NCBI GenBank assembly: GCA_951406725.2
Contig: OX597819.1
Span: 81,530,001-81,594,000 of the forward strand
DNA length: 64,000 nucleotides
DNA from: Octopus vulgaris
Lineage: Eukaryota
Reading direction: 5' to 3'
Shown here: piece after piece, positions 40,066-54,783 of the stretch
How the letters are laid out: every line of letters begins with the position of its first letter
How positions within the stretch are numbered: the first letter of the stretch is position 1
Position numbers and translations under genes: made by a program
Notes under the pieces: model-generated
Told to the model about the DNA's origin: nothing
Databases searched by the model: none
What the model saw: the letters and a program-made list of their open reading frames with translations, nothing else

Positions 40066-42385
40066 ATATTATCTTACTTGGAAACAGGCAAGGGTTGGCA
40101 AAAGGCCATGGAAATCTCCTTCCAACCCATGCAAACATAGAATAGTGGACGTTAATATGAGGATGATGATCGTGATCATGATCATGATGATATCACCATC
40201 ATCATGACTCCAGAAGAATGAAAGACTTGACAAGTTAGAAATAGCAGCCAAATATCACTCAGATCACATGCTACCATCTTAAAATTGAAATGTATTGGAT
40301 AATGCAATCCATGATATACTGTCTGGGAAAAAATAAAAAGAAACACATAGGATGGTTATGGCTGGAAAGCATTTGATTGTAAATGTACTCCACCAGGGCT
40401 GACTTGGAGTTAAACAACAACATATCCTCCAGCCCAAACTTGAAGGCCATGCCACCCATGTTGGCATGAAAACCTGACAATAAAGCAGATGTAAACAAGA
40501 ATCAAATAATAACATTCTATGAAGTTATTCCATTTTAAGTTTTGCATAAAAAGGATTTGCTCCCTAAATTAGTTTATCCTTTTAGCATTTAAACCAGCCA
40601 TATTTGGCCCAAATATTCTATTTGGGCTCCTGCACCGAACCTACAATTAATTTAAAATGATGTGAATAAATAAGCATTAAGGCGGCGAGCTGGCAGAAAT
40701 GTTAAAACGCCGGGCGAAATGCTTAGTGGTATTTCATCTGCTGCTACGTTCTGAGTTCAAATTCCACCAAGGTCAACTTCGCCTTTTATCCTTTCAAGGT
40801 CGATTAAATAAGTACCAGTTACGCACTGGAGTCGATATAATTGACTAAATCCGTTTGTCTGTCCTTGTTTGTCCCCTCTGTGTATAGTCCCTTGTGGGCA
40901 GTAAAGAAATAAGATAAGCATTACATTTGACAGAGTAGTCTGAATGCTAAAGAGTTAAAGAAATAATATGCTGTAGCTATGTAGTTAAGTTTGCTTCCAA
41001 CCTTATGGTTTTGGGCTCAGTTTCACTGCATGGCACCTTGGACGAGTGTTTTCCACTATAGCTCTAGGATGACCAAAGCCATGTGAGTGGATTTGGCAGA
41101 TGGAAATTGAAAGAAGCCCGTCCATGTGTGTGCATGTTTGTGTGTATGTGTGTTTGTGTGTATACATATCATCATCATCATCATCATCGTTTAACGTCCA
41201 TTTTCCATGTTGGCATGGGTTGGACGGTTTGACTGAGGTTTAGAAAGCCATCAGCTCCACTAGGTTCCAATGTGATCTGGCAATGTTTCTACAGCTGGAT
41301 GCCCTTCCTAACACCAACCACTCCAAGGGTGTAGTGGGTGCTTTTTACATGCCACCGGCACAGGAGCCAGTCAGTCAGGCCTGGCATAGATCATGTTCAG
41401 AGAGTGCTTTTTACAAGCCATTGGCACAGGAGCCAGTCAGAGGGTACTGGCATTTCAGATGGTGCTTTTTACACACCACCAGCACAGAAGCCAGTCAGGT
41501 GGCCCCTGGCATTGATGATGTTAAGATAGTGCTTTATACATGCCACAGGCATGGGAGCCAGTCAGGAGGCACTGGCATTGGCGACATTCAGATGGTGCTT
41601 TTTACATGCCAATAGCACAGGATTCAGTCAGGCAGACTAGGCATCAACCACATTCAGATGGTGCTTTTTACATGCTACCAGCACAGGAGCCAGTCAGAAC
41701 GTAGCAGCAGATGAAATACCACTAAGCATTTCGCGCGGCGTTTTAACGTTTCTGCCAGCTCGCCGCCTTAATGCTTATTTATTCACATCATTTTAAATTA
41801 ATTGTAGGTTCGGTGCAGGAGCCCAAATAGAATATTTGGGCCAAATATGGCTGGTTCAAATGCTAAAAGGATAAACTAATTTAGGGAGCAAATCCTTTTT
41901 ATGCAAAACTTAAAATGGAATAACTTCATAGAATGTTATTATTTGATTCTTGTTTACATCTGCTTTATTGTCAGGTTTTCATGCCAACATGGGTGGCATG
42001 GCCTTCAAGTTTGGGCTGGAGGATATGTTGTTGTTTAACTCCAAGTCATCCCTGGTAGAGTACATTTACAATCAAATGCTTTCCAGCCATAACCATCCTA
42101 TGTGTTTCTTTTTATTTTTTCCCGGACAGTATATCATGGATTGTATTATCCAATACATTTCAATTTTAAGATGGTAGCATGTAATCTGAGTGATATTTGG
42201 CTGTTATTTCTAACTTGTCAAGTCTTTCATTCTTCTGGAGTCATGATGATGGTGATATCATCATCATGATCATGATCACAATCATCATCCTCATATTAAC
42301 GTCCACTATTCTATGTTTGCATGGGTCGGAAGGAGATTTCCATGGCCTTTTGCCAACCCTTGCCTGTTTCCAAGTAAGATAATAT
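40066..42385. repeat. Inverted duplication, ~690-bp arms (40066-40754 / 41694-42385)
   Basis: Near-identical reverse complements. The ORF track shows mirror ORFs (40271..40498- vs 41950..42177+; 40069..40251- vs 42197..42382+). Confidence 0.95.
41330..41693. repeat. ~58-bp tandem repeat inside a (GAT)n-tailed repeat
   Basis: Units GGTGCTTTTTACATGCCA..GGCACAGGAGCCAGTCAGG..CTGGCAT occur about 6 times. The array resumes at 42386. Confidence 0.85.
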
Positions 42386-44392
42386 GCCTTTTATGTGACA
42401 CCGAAACGAGAGCCAGTCAGGGGGCACTGGCCACAGCTATGATTTTGGTTTTACTTGACTCAACAGGTCTTCTCAAGCATATCATAGTGCCTGATGCATC
42501 AAGGGTACTTTTAAATGGGTCGGACATGCAACACTGGAATTGGAATACACTTTTAAGTAGGCAATATGCTAGCAAAGGGGGAGCTAACCAATGTTTGCTT
42601 GGAATGTTCTAGAACATTCGACAGGGGAGATAACTGTAGTTGACTCTCAACGAATATTTTGTGGACAACAAACCTGTTTCAAATAGCATTACCTACATTA
42701 CCCTCCCCCAGACTGAAAGGAATGAAAAGGTCGAGCAGGTAAAGAGTCAAACTGTAGGCAATGTGTGTGTGATGGGCTTGCCCACAGTTTCCGCCAAACA
42801 AATTCAGGCCATGGCTGGAGTAGAAAACACTTGCCCAAGATGTTGTGTCATGGGACTGAACCTAAAGACATGTTGTTGCAAAGTAAGCTTCTTAGCCACA
42901 CAGCCATGTTTGCTTAGTGGAGAAATCATTAACATTGATTAAATTCAAATAGAAACTCTGTGGATTTTTGCAAAATGTGAAAACTCTAACTGGTAGAATT
43001 TTATTCAATCAATTTTACAACCAACTAATTATTAATTAAAACCTTGCAATAATTTTGAAGTACAAAGGAAGAAAAATTGCCTTTAATTTAGCATATTCAT
43101 GTAAAAATATACATTAATATTTCAAACTCTACTTAACTATATGTTAAGCATATTATGTAAATATATTATGTAAATAAATTATGTAAAACATATACATTAA
43201 TATATTTCAGATTTTAGCTTTTACTCAAATGCTTGCTACGTGTAATCTGTAAATAAAAATTTACCAAGAAAATTTTCTGGTTCTAGTATTCAAGAATTAT
43301 TTGTTTTTTTTCTTTTGGTTTTTTTTACTCAATGAATATTATGTTAACTTAAAAGTATTATACTTTTCTGTTAGGGAAGGGATTCATTTATCTATGTATA
43401 AAAATTTTTTTTAAATCAAGAATATTCCGGTCAAATTTTGCTCCAGTTCTTTGTTAACATCACTATGTGTATTCATATTCTCCTTTTTCTTTACTTCTCT
43501 TTCTCTAACCCTTTTTTCTCTTTCTCTCTCACTTTCCCTCTCCACCACTACTCCCTATAGTGCAATTTGTTTGTTCTTCAGTTTCCACTCTACTTGATAT
43601 AGTTGATGAAATAAAATTCCATTGAATTGTCTCTAGACAAATATTTCCACCTAGATGAACATTTTCCAGGCGGAAGGTTGCTATTTTGAGATACACAGAA
43701 TACATTTTTTTTAAAAAATGGTTTAAAATAAAAATTAAAAAAAAGAATATAATTCAAGTTTAATGTTATTCTTTATGAAAAAAGACTGGTAAAATACATT
43801 GTTGTTAGTCCTGGGGTGCATCAGCCCTTAAGGCCAAAAGTTCTAGAACAAATTCATTGTCTTGCTAAAACTGGCAATAATTTTATGCATTAGAAAATTG
43901 AAAACTTATTCAATATTTAATCTAGAAACACTCTGATTTCTAAATTATTTTGAATGGTAATACTAAATGTATCTGAACTCAAATGTATCACATCTTCCAT
44001 ATTTTTTCTTTCTTTTATTAATTTATTCTTCAATAACTACTGAGCACAAATTATAGTTTATTTTAAATCTTATGTCAAACAGAAATAATTCTGCTGTATT
44101 TTACTCCAATACAGCAGATGAAGGATTAATTTTAAAAAATAAAAGGGAGTATTTTGTTAAAGTTTTGTTTAGATAGACGCAGGCATGGCTGTGTGGTTAG
44201 AAGCTTGCTTCCCAACCATATGGTTCCAGGTTCAGTCCCACTGCATGGATGGCACCTTTGGAAAGTGTCCTCCACTATAACCTCAAGCCTTATGAGTGAG
44301 TTCAGTTGATGGAAACTGAAAGAAGCCCATTGAAAATATAATGTGCATGTGTGTGTATATGTATGTATACATATGTATATATGTATACATAC

Positions 44393-44456
<64 letters not shown>

Positions 44457-44977
44457 GTATGCATATATACATATGTATGTATATGTATGCATGTATGTAT
44501 GTATGTATGTATGTGTGTCTTTGTGTTTGTCCCCTGCCACCACTTGACAACTGGTGTTGGTGTGTTTACATTCCCATAACTTAGCTGTTCAGTAAAAGAG
44601 ACTGATACAGTAAATACTAGGTTTAAGAAGTTGAGGACAACTTTGCTTTCATCCTTTTGGAGTGGATAAAATAAGTACCAATTGAGCCATTGTGCCTATA
44701 GTAGAAAGAAGAATAAAGTGGCTTTGTGCCAAAATTTGAAAGAATTTGTAGAAATGCTAGCACATCAAGAAAAATGCTTAGCAGTATTTCATCTGTCTTT
44801 ACATCCTGAGTTCAAATTCTGCTGAGGTTGACTTTGCCTTTCATCTTTTTGAGGTCGATAAAATAAATACCAGATGAGCACTGGGTTTGATTTAATCGAC
44901 CTACTCCCTCACTGAAATAGCTGGCCTTGTGCCTAACTTTGAAAACATTATTATTAGTAACAGCAGCAGCAGTAGTT

Positions 44978-45032
<55 letters not shown>

Positions 45033-45094
45033 CAGCAGCAGCAGCAGCAGCAGTAGTAAGGTAGTAGTGGTAGTCAGTTATTTTATAATTGCAT

Positions 45095-45440
45095 ACTTTC
45101 ACTGCATTAGCAAGAGCAGCTCCGAAATTCATGGATGTGTGCAGTTTTTGATTCTGGAGACCCTTTTTTTTTATTGTATTGAAAGTGCTCTGTATAATAC
45201 ATGTGCAGTGCCAAGCAGTGCTATTTTCTGTATGTTATGCATATCTGTGGGTTGTGGTTATGTATTTGTCTGCATTTTTTGTCTTTCTTTTTTTGTTTTG
45301 TTATCGTTCTGATATCATTATTTATAAGGATTTGTTTCTGTTTTCAAACCCCAACATATGGTTATTTTTAATTCCAAATCTATACATTTGGAAAATTTCT
45401 CCATCTCTTTTAAAGAGATTAACAGATTTGGAGTATGTGT
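45095..45440 (-). mobile_element. Third R4/Dong-like 3' end remnant
   Basis: The minus strand of ~45173-45257 reads PQPTDMHNIQKIALLGTAHVLYRALSIQ*, homologous to QKIVLTGTSHVLRRALSM. It sits next to the trinucleotide microsatellite at 44950-45075. Confidence 0.7.
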
Positions 45441-46098
45441 GAGGTTTCATTCTTGTAACCTGTTCACTGATCTCTCTATGCCTCATCATCATCATCACCA
45501 CCTTTTAGTTTTCACATTACCATGCTTGTATAGGTCATATGAAATTTGTTGAGGCAGCTTTGTCTATTACAACTGGATATCCTTCCTGTCACCAACCCTC
45601 ACCTGTTTCCAAACTAGGTAATATTTTCCGATAGCCAGGCATGCTTTTCACAGAAGACTGGATATGAATAACCTCATTTTTAAGATGGTCATGTATGTTT
45701 ACAACCATCAAGTAATGTGAAGGCAAATGAACACAGAAACATACACACACACACACACACATACACGTGTATGTGGTTAGGGTATTTGGCTCATGATCAT
45801 AAGGTCACAAGTTCAATTCCCAGCTGCACTTTGTTTTCCTTGAACAAAATACTTTATTTCACATTGCTCCAGACAAATCAGCTGGCAAAAGTGAGTAGTG
45901 CCTGTATTTCAAAGGGCCAGCTTTGTCACATTCTGTGTCATGTCAAATCTCCCTGAAAGCTACATTAAGGATATGCATGTTTGTGGAGTGCTCAGCCACT
46001 TGCATGTTAATTTTACTAGCAGGCTGTTCCATTGATCAGATCAACTGGAACTCTAGTCATCATAACCAACAGAATGCCATATATATATATGTATAAAG

Positions 46099-46148
<50 letters not shown>

Positions 46149-47144
46149 AGAGATAAATTATTCAACAAGCTTCTACACAGTTTCCAGTTTCTGCCAACCA
46201 AACTCACTCACAATACATTGCTCAGTTCAGGGCTATGGTAGATTGGCTTCTCAAGATGTTTGAACCTGAAACATTCCCAGTGAGTTTGAACCTGAAACTA
46301 CATGGCTGAAATTGCAAAGCAAGTGTCTTAAGTATAACAGTCATGCCTGCGTTATTGTCTTCTATGTGAGCAATTGCCCACTTAGTGAACCATGATGAAG
46401 ACAAGTAAATAGCCAATATAATAATGGTTTCTGTTTCAGGCATAAGGCCAACAGTTTTGAGAAGAAGGGTTTAGCTACTTCCATCAATCCCAGTACTTGA
46501 TGGGTACTTTGTATAATTGACCCCAGGTGATGGAAAGGCAAAGGTGACTTTGTCAAATGATAATGTACTTTAGCACTGCTGGGATAATGTGTGCTCAATT
46601 CTCAAATAGGTTTATCATCATTTGATTTCTCTCTTTTGTTTTTATTCTTTGGGCCAGCTTCATCTAATGTTTTAAGAATAAATAGATCTTGTGAACCCCA
46701 TCGATATCTCAGGCTTTTATTTACTGTGTGTGTTTGTCCCCCAACATCGCTTGACGATCGATGTTGGGACGCTTATGTCTCTATAACTTAGAAGTTTGGC
46801 AAAACAGACTGATAGAATGAGTACTAGGCTTACAAAGAATAAGTCCTGGGGCGATTTATTCGACTAAAGGTGGTGCTCCAGCATGGCCGCAGTCAAATGA
46901 CTGAAACAAGTAGAAGAGTAAGAGAATAAAAAAGTAATAAACAGATAATAATATGTTTATTACTTGTGACTTTTACTCACAGACGATAGGCTAATCTTCT
47001 ACTTGTGCTCATTTCCTCGCTTTCACCTGCACATGAGTAATTTAAGTGGTTTAGAGTTGTTTTGGCATCTATTTCTAGCATGTTGGTACTTTTCCCAATA
47101 CCCTTCATTATAGTTGTATATATTTATATATGATTATAGACTTA

Positions 47145-47515
47145 ATAGGAATTAAGATAAACACAAGTTTACATTATTAGTTCTCGTGTACGTTTCACTA
47201 TTATGGTTGTTTGGAACCCTGTATCTGGTGTTTCAAGTGCATTTGGATGCTTAACTAGAAACTAGAACGAATCATCAGACAACACTTTATCGCATTGATT
47301 CACAGAGAACTAATGTCATGAGTTGGATACGTTTTGAGGTATTTCTCTAACTTAATGTAATAAAGTGTTCTCTGGTTATCCGTTCTGGTTAAGCATCCAA
47401 ATGCTTTTGGAAAACCCAATGCAGGGTTTCAAACAAATATAATGGGGAAACATACGAAGGGACAAATAATAATAGTAATAATAATATAAACTCGTGCTTT
47501 ATTCTTAATTTCTCC
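47145..47515. repeat. Degenerate foldback element / MITE
   Basis: GCATTTGGATGCTTAACTAGAA vs TTCTGGTTAAGCATCCAAATGC; AACACTTTAT vs ATAAAGTGTT; GGAATTAAGATAAACACAAGTTTA vs TAAACTCGTGCTTTATTCTTAATTTC. Confidence 0.8.
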
Positions 47516-48095
47516 TACACTTGCTCCGTATTTCATAACTAGTAATACTACTTTGTATGGGAGTTGCTTAACCACTATACTGGAAGAAGACTGGAATATG
47601 ATAATCTACGTGAAGCTGTACATCTCTTTGTACGCACAAGATACATTATATGCATGCGCGTGCGTGTATATATATATATAATGCGAAAACTAATTTGTGT
47701 GTCAGTGTATCACACTTAGACCCTTTTCTTACTATTTAATGACACACCTACTATTCCTCATGATGGGATGAGAGTAATAGTAGGCACAGAGACGATGAAG
47801 GCGGTGGCGAAGAGAGAAAGAGAGAGAAAGAAAGAGGTTAGATAGGGAAAAAAATTGTACTGACACCTGAATGAGAAGACAAAAAAATGTTGTTTATTGT
47901 GCAGCTTTTCAACAAGTTCCAGGTCGACAAATTATATCATTGTTTTAATGAAAATTGTTCATTGCGTGAAAAATATTGTTCAAGCTTAATCAAATTTAAT
48001 ATGTACTCAATGCATGAAGTATCATTGTTGGGCCCAAAGCCTAATGAAGAGCCTTCCACAGGAGCTAGCTTAAAAGCCACCCGATATATACTAGC

Positions 48096-48161
<66 letters not shown>

Positions 48162-48853
48162 GTCTGTCTACCTTTGTGTGTATGTGTGTTAATGTATTCA
48201 CACACACACACACAAACATACATGCACACACACATATATGTATGTATGTTTGTTTTTTTGTGTTTGTCTCTTGATACTGCTTGACGAGTGCTGTTGGTTT
48301 GTTTGCATTCCCCCCAACTTAGTGGTTAGCAAAAAGCAACATTAAAATAAGTACCGAACTTACAATGATCGATTTTTTTCAACTAAACCCTTGAAGAGAG
48401 TGTCTCAGTCCAATGACTGAAACAAGTAAAAGATCATAACATACATACATACATACATACATACATACATACATACATACATACATACATACATACATAC
48501 ATACATACACACACGCGCGCGCGCAAAATAAAGTACGCCGTCTATAACACTCACCGACTTCGTTTCTTCATAACTTTCTGAAAAGTATCTATTAATGAAA
48601 TTTTCCCAAAATAACGTTTTCAAGGATGTGGGATACACATGTGGAGATAAAAATTTACCAAAAAAGAAAAATAAATAAAATAAAAAAAACCATTTCGGAG
48701 GAGTTTCGGATCTTTCTTTCCCCTCCCCATTCTCACTTTGGTACCACTAATTCTTTTTTTTCGTTTCTCTCTTTCTTTCTTTCTGTCTTTCTCTCTTTCT
48801 TTCTTTCTTTCTTCCTTCCTTTCTTTCTTTCTTTCTTCCTTTCTTTCTTTCTT

Positions 48854-48912
<59 letters not shown>

Positions 48913-49473
48913 TGTGTGTGTGTGTGTGTTATCTTTTATCTTTTACTCGCTTCAGTTATTGGGTTGCAACTGCATCTATACAGAAGCACAACTTTGAAAG
49001 TGTTTATTCGACCCTAGCACATTCTGTTTTTTTATCCCTGCTAAAATCGGATATTTTAGCCGACCTGCTAAGTTATTAATGACATCAACAAACCAACAGT
49101 GCTTGTGAAGCGAAGGAATGGAAACAAATACAAAGACACACGCATGCACGACCCCCCCCACACACACACACACACATTGCACACACTCACACGCTACTAA
49201 ATTCGCTCACAAGCTATTGGTTATCTCGGGGCTAGAGTAGAAGACTCTTGCCCAAGTCGCTACGCCGTGGAACTGAACCCGAAATCACTTGGTTGCAAAG
49301 CGAGCTTTTTAACCTCACGTTCAAGCCCGTAGCTTTAGCAAATTTTTACGTATTTATCAGATTTTCTGTGTTTAAAACATCAACATTACCATAATCTACA
49401 TTCTCGGTAATATATTTCTGCTAAATGTCATCTAATAATATGCATTTTAAAGAAAATTATGATGAAACAAAGT

Positions 49474-49539
<66 letters not shown>

Positions 49540-52500
49540 AGAATGATCCGTAACTTCTTCCCTTTTTCTTTTGTTCTTTTCAATGTTATCAACGTAGTCG
49601 TAATTTACACTCTTGGAAACGTATCTTCACAAAAATTCCATTAAAAAATACGTATTTCGTTCAGAAAATTGCGAAAACAAAACCGGAGGAGGAGGGGTGC
49701 AAGGTAATAAAGAAAAGTGAAACTTAAGGAAGAGAGTGAAAATGTCGGGTCGGGAGTTTATCAAGAGTTCCAATGCGTGTAAGTGTCTGAGAGTTGTAAA
49801 GAATATCTCCTGAACGGGACACTAGTCCATCACAGGTTAACTCACTGCTGCGACTGGATCTTATTTGATGCTGAGTAAAACTGGAACAACATGAAATGAA
49901 GTGACTTACTCAAAGACATGTTTCTTTATTACCCACAAGGGGCTAAACATAGAGGGGACAAACAAGGACAGACAAACGAATTGAGTCGATTACATCGACC
50001 CCAGTGCGTAACTGGTACTTAATTTATCGACCCCGAAAGGATGAAAGGCAAAGTCGACCTCGGCGAGATTTGAACTCAGAACGTAATGGCAGACGAAATA
50101 CGGCTACGCATTTCGCCCGGCGTGCTAACGATTCTGCCAGCTCACCATGCTATCTGATCCGAGAATCGAACCCTTGACCTAACTAGTCATAGAATGTGCG
50201 CAGAGGGACAGCGTTCCATTACTGTTCAACTGACGCAGAGGGAATGGCTTATAACGCCTTGTCCAACCTTCCCAACCCCAGTCTCTCGAAACTTAGCGTA
50301 ACCCAAGTTCTTAATACTCATTCCTGTACAAAACAACCATGAGCCAAAACACCCCAGCAACCAACCCACATTGTCTTCACGAAGTTTAAGCATGAAACTA
50401 AATTTCAAAGTGCTAAATACGACTGCTTCGATAATCGAAATAACTAAAACACGAAATCATTTAAATAAGCGAACTATCACCATTCTTCACAACACTAAAT
50501 AAATTACGCTACACAAAGGTTACTCAGTTATTAATAGCTAATTTCCTCCATTTAATAACGTAACGACTAAGTACATAAAATATGTCAACGCTAATAAATG
50601 GTTTAACACCGGCCGTTCTTCTTGTTTATGATATCGTTTAATACAAAGGGCTATTTTCATTGTAATTATACTATACGTTCATTCATTCATTCATTCATAC
50701 TCGGTGTCATAAAGAAGAAGCCCGTGAAATCTCCTCAAATGTCGTTACGACCTGAATATGTGCTTGCGATTGGTTCATTCTAGTTGAGTGGGCTGTCTTT
50801 ACTGTTTAACAACAAACTGAAGCATTGCGTTCAGGACGCAAGACGTTTACAGATTGTCGCTTGTCTTTTAGATACTTAAAAAATAATTCACTTTCATAAA
50901 TAATCTGCTATAAAATTGTGGTAGCTGTAAAGAGGATAAAAAAGAATAGTGTTTGTCGAGAATCTCTCTAAAAACTTTCTGAATGTTGAGTTAGCTAGCG
51001 AGCAACTTTTACAGAAGGTGGGAGAGAAACTACGATAAAAGAGGTGGGACATATAAAAGAGGGTGGTACTAACAAACATCGTAGCTGGAGAGAAAGAAGA
51101 TGGGAAGTGAACAATCTTTGGAGAGGAAACATAAATGTTTGTAAAATTAATGATTTGTAGATAAACAAAACAACTGAAAAGAAATACGAAGGAACATATA
51201 TGAGTGAAAAATGAAAGATTGAAAGACGAAATGCTTATTGTTATATATAATTAGTATTTTAGTCGGATTTTGAAATCTTTTTATAGTAAAAAAATATTAG
51301 TAACGTGTTTTACTTTGAGATTCGAGCAAACTATTTTGATAAAGAGCTATCTGTAGAATCATCTCTTTAACGAGGGAGCTTGGTTGTTTCTTTGGTTGAA
51401 TTGATTCACTTTATTAAAATATATATAAATATTAATTTGGTTCACCACACAACTTACCGAAGAAGCAACTTTCGTCTACAAATATTTGTACACAAAGCTT
51501 CTTCCATACAATTTTCATATTTGCAATGTAATGTTACTAATATTTGCAGTGTAATACTAACTAGCTCGCTATATATATATATATATATATATATAGTTGG
51601 TGATCAATATATACATTGTATAATTGTATATATGAAATTTGTTATACACAAATGATATTACTCGGTTTCTCTTCTATAAAATAATCATTGACACGATGTC
51701 CATGCCTCCTTATGGGTAACGATAGCTGTTGATCGGCACTCCATTGAATCTATTCCCACAACCTTGAATTTAGATGACAATAATATTCTATCTCAACATC
51801 TCGAAGAACTGAAAGCTTGCCCGCGAACATTCTTTCGGGGTCTAAGACACTGAAAGTTTAACCCAAACACTATATAACTAAACACGTGGTGCCGGTGTTT
51901 ACCAATTTGGCCAAGGACCTTTCAATGATGTATCCGATGTTGACGATGCCGCCTACCACCCTACTTGATGACCGTTTTAAACACTCATGGTGAGTGAATA
52001 ATTAATTGCTCTATATTTTACTTTTTCAATTACAGACGATAAAACGTCCTGATACCCTCACTGTTTTTGTACTCTTTCTATCACTCTCATTCATCCTCCA
52101 CCTTTCTTGCTCCCCCCCCTCTCTCTCTCTCTCTTCCTTTCTTGCCTTTTCTCCTCCTTTCTCTTTCTCTTATTTTTCTCTCCTCCCCCTTTTTTTTTCT
52201 CTCATTCAAACCATAAACAAAAGTTTAGTTATTCTAGTTGTTGTTTAAAATCGTGTCAACCTTAATCGAACAATTCTGTGATCAAACACATTCAAGCCAT
52301 AACCATCTTTTTTGTTCGGTGACCATTTGGGACTATTTCATCCAATATACGTGTATTCGGGAAAATTTGACTGCTATTTTAGCAGTTCAAGCGAACACAG
52401 ATTATTTCCTCGCTGATCAATAAAAAAAAATATAACTTTAAATATATATTCATGTGTATCTTTTATCTTTTACCCGTTTCAGTCATTAGACTGTCACACC

Positions 52501-52685
52501 GCCTTGAAGGATTTCAGTCGATCGAATTGACCGAAGTCTTTTTTATTCTATCGGTTCCTATTACAAAACCGCTAAGTCAACAGAATATAAACACGCTATC
52601 GGTTGTCAAGCGGTGGCGAATGACAGACACAAATACACGCGCTGCGCACACACATACAACTTATACATGCATACACACACATACA

Positions 52686-52743
<58 letters not shown>

Positions 52744-52874
52744 TACAAGAGAGATATCTTTCAGTTACCGCCTACCAAATCCACTCTGATCGTCCTTAAG
52801 CCATAGTAGAAGATACTGACCAAGGTGTCACGCAGTGAGACAAAAACCCGGAGCCGTAAGACTGAGAAGCAAAA

Positions 52875-52913
<39 letters not shown>

Positions 52914-52938
52914 TATATATATATATTATATATGTATA

Positions 52939-52996
<58 letters not shown>

Positions 52997-53208
52997 CGTA
53001 GGGGTGCTGAAAAGTTCCTGGCTTTACGGGTATCGCGAAAGGCCTGTTGGAGGTCTCAGAAGACCTGTTACAGGGCTAAGAAAAACTGAAGGACCACTGC
53101 AATAAATGTGTGAATCTGAGAGGGGAATATATTGAATAAAATCATAATTAACTGATCCTCCTGACTTTTTTTTCCTTTTTAGCCAAAGAACTTTTCAGCA
53201 CCCCCACG
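52997..53208 (+). mobile_element. mariner internal-deletion derivative
   Basis: TIRs CGTAGGGGTGCTGAAAAGTTC / GAACTTTTCAGCACCCCCACG with TA on both sides. It retains the transposase end CNKCVNLRGEYIE*. Confidence 0.88.
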
Positions 53209-53849
53209 TATGTGTATATTGCTCGAAATAAGGAGTAGATAGACAGTCGACAACTTATGAAGGGTCGTTCTTTGTGTTACTTGTCCTGTTTTCTGTTTGC
53301 TTCTCTTGTTGTCTGCGTATTGAACCCATTTGTTTACGTATTTCATGTTGTTTACTGTTGGTGACGTCCTGTACCCATATATATATACACACACACACAC
53401 ACACTCACATACATAGTTAGCACGCCGAAAAGCTTAGCGGTACTTCTTTACATTCTGAGTTCAAACTCCGTCGAGGTCGACTTTGCCTTTCATCCTTTCG
53501 GAGGTCGATAAATTGAGTATCAGTTGCGTACTGGGTCGATTTAATCGACTGGCCCTCTCCCACAAAATTTCGGGTGTTGTGCCTAGAGTAGAAAAGTATG
53601 TGTGTGTGAGTGTGTGTTTGTGTGTGTGTGTATTTCGTTTGTTGCATATGCACAGGGTCTAAAATTTGGAGAACGGTGTTAATTTTATTGACTCCAGGTT
53701 CTTTTATCTTACCAACCCCAAAATGGGAAAATCCAAAAAACTGAGGTGGAAGTTGAACACAGCTTCGAGAATTTCAACAAACAAAATTCTGAAAACGACG
53801 GAATAGCGGATAAACAAAATCCCACAGACTTCCAAGGAATTGTCTATAA

Positions 53850-54517
53850 CAGTGGTTTCCAACCTTTCCACAGTAGTTTCCAACCCTTTTATTTAAATGA
53901 GTTTTCCCACGGACCCCTTTTAATATTATGTACATACAGTAATCCCTCGACTATCGCGGGTGTTACGTTCCAAAACCTACCACAATAGGATGAAAGTCCA
54001 CGAAGTAGAAACAGTACTGTATATTTTTATACTGTATATTTTATAATTAGTATATGTTTAATTATAAATGCTAAACAACACTACAGAAGAATCGACGAGT
54101 ACTTAACTAATAAACCGTGATAGGTGAACCGCGATATGGCGAGGGGTTACTGCATATATATATATATTCTTTTATATATATACTCTTTTACTCTTTTACT
54201 TGTTTCAGTCATTTGACTGCGGCCATGCTGGAGCACCGCCTTTTTAATCGAGCAACTCGACCCTGGGATTTATTCTTTTGTAAGCCAAGTACTTATTCTA
54301 TCGGTCTCTTTTGCCGAACCGCTAAGTAACGGGGACATAAACACACTAGCATCGGTTGTCAAGCAAACACAGACACACAAATACACACACGTATATATAT
54401 ATACATATATACGACGGGCTTCTTTCAGTTTCCGTCTACCAAATCCACTCACAAGGCTTTGGTCGGCCCGAGGCTATAGTAGAAGACACTTACCCAAGGT
54501 GCCACAAATATATATAC

Positions 54518-54552
<35 letters not shown>

Positions 54553-54565
54553 CAAATATATATAC

Positions 54566-54610
<45 letters not shown>

Positions 54611-54750
54611 AATATATATACATATATAAATATATATATACAAATATATATACATATATAAATATGTATATATATATATATATATACACACACATACATA
54701 CATACATACATACATACATACATACATACATACATACATACATACATACA

Positions 54751-54783
<33 letters not shown>

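Noticed and set aside
41330-41693. Regularly spaced repeats resembling a CRISPR array
   Set aside because: Whole units including the 'spacers' are homologous, the context is eukaryotic, and no cas genes are present.
47190-47280. Reverse-strand CTGATGA...GAAA
   Set aside because: No stem I or II pairing and no cleavage triplet. It is explained by the foldback element.
47670-48094. Possible non-autonomous Helitron (TATATAA start, CTAG end)
   Set aside because: No clear subterminal hairpin and no second copy in the window.
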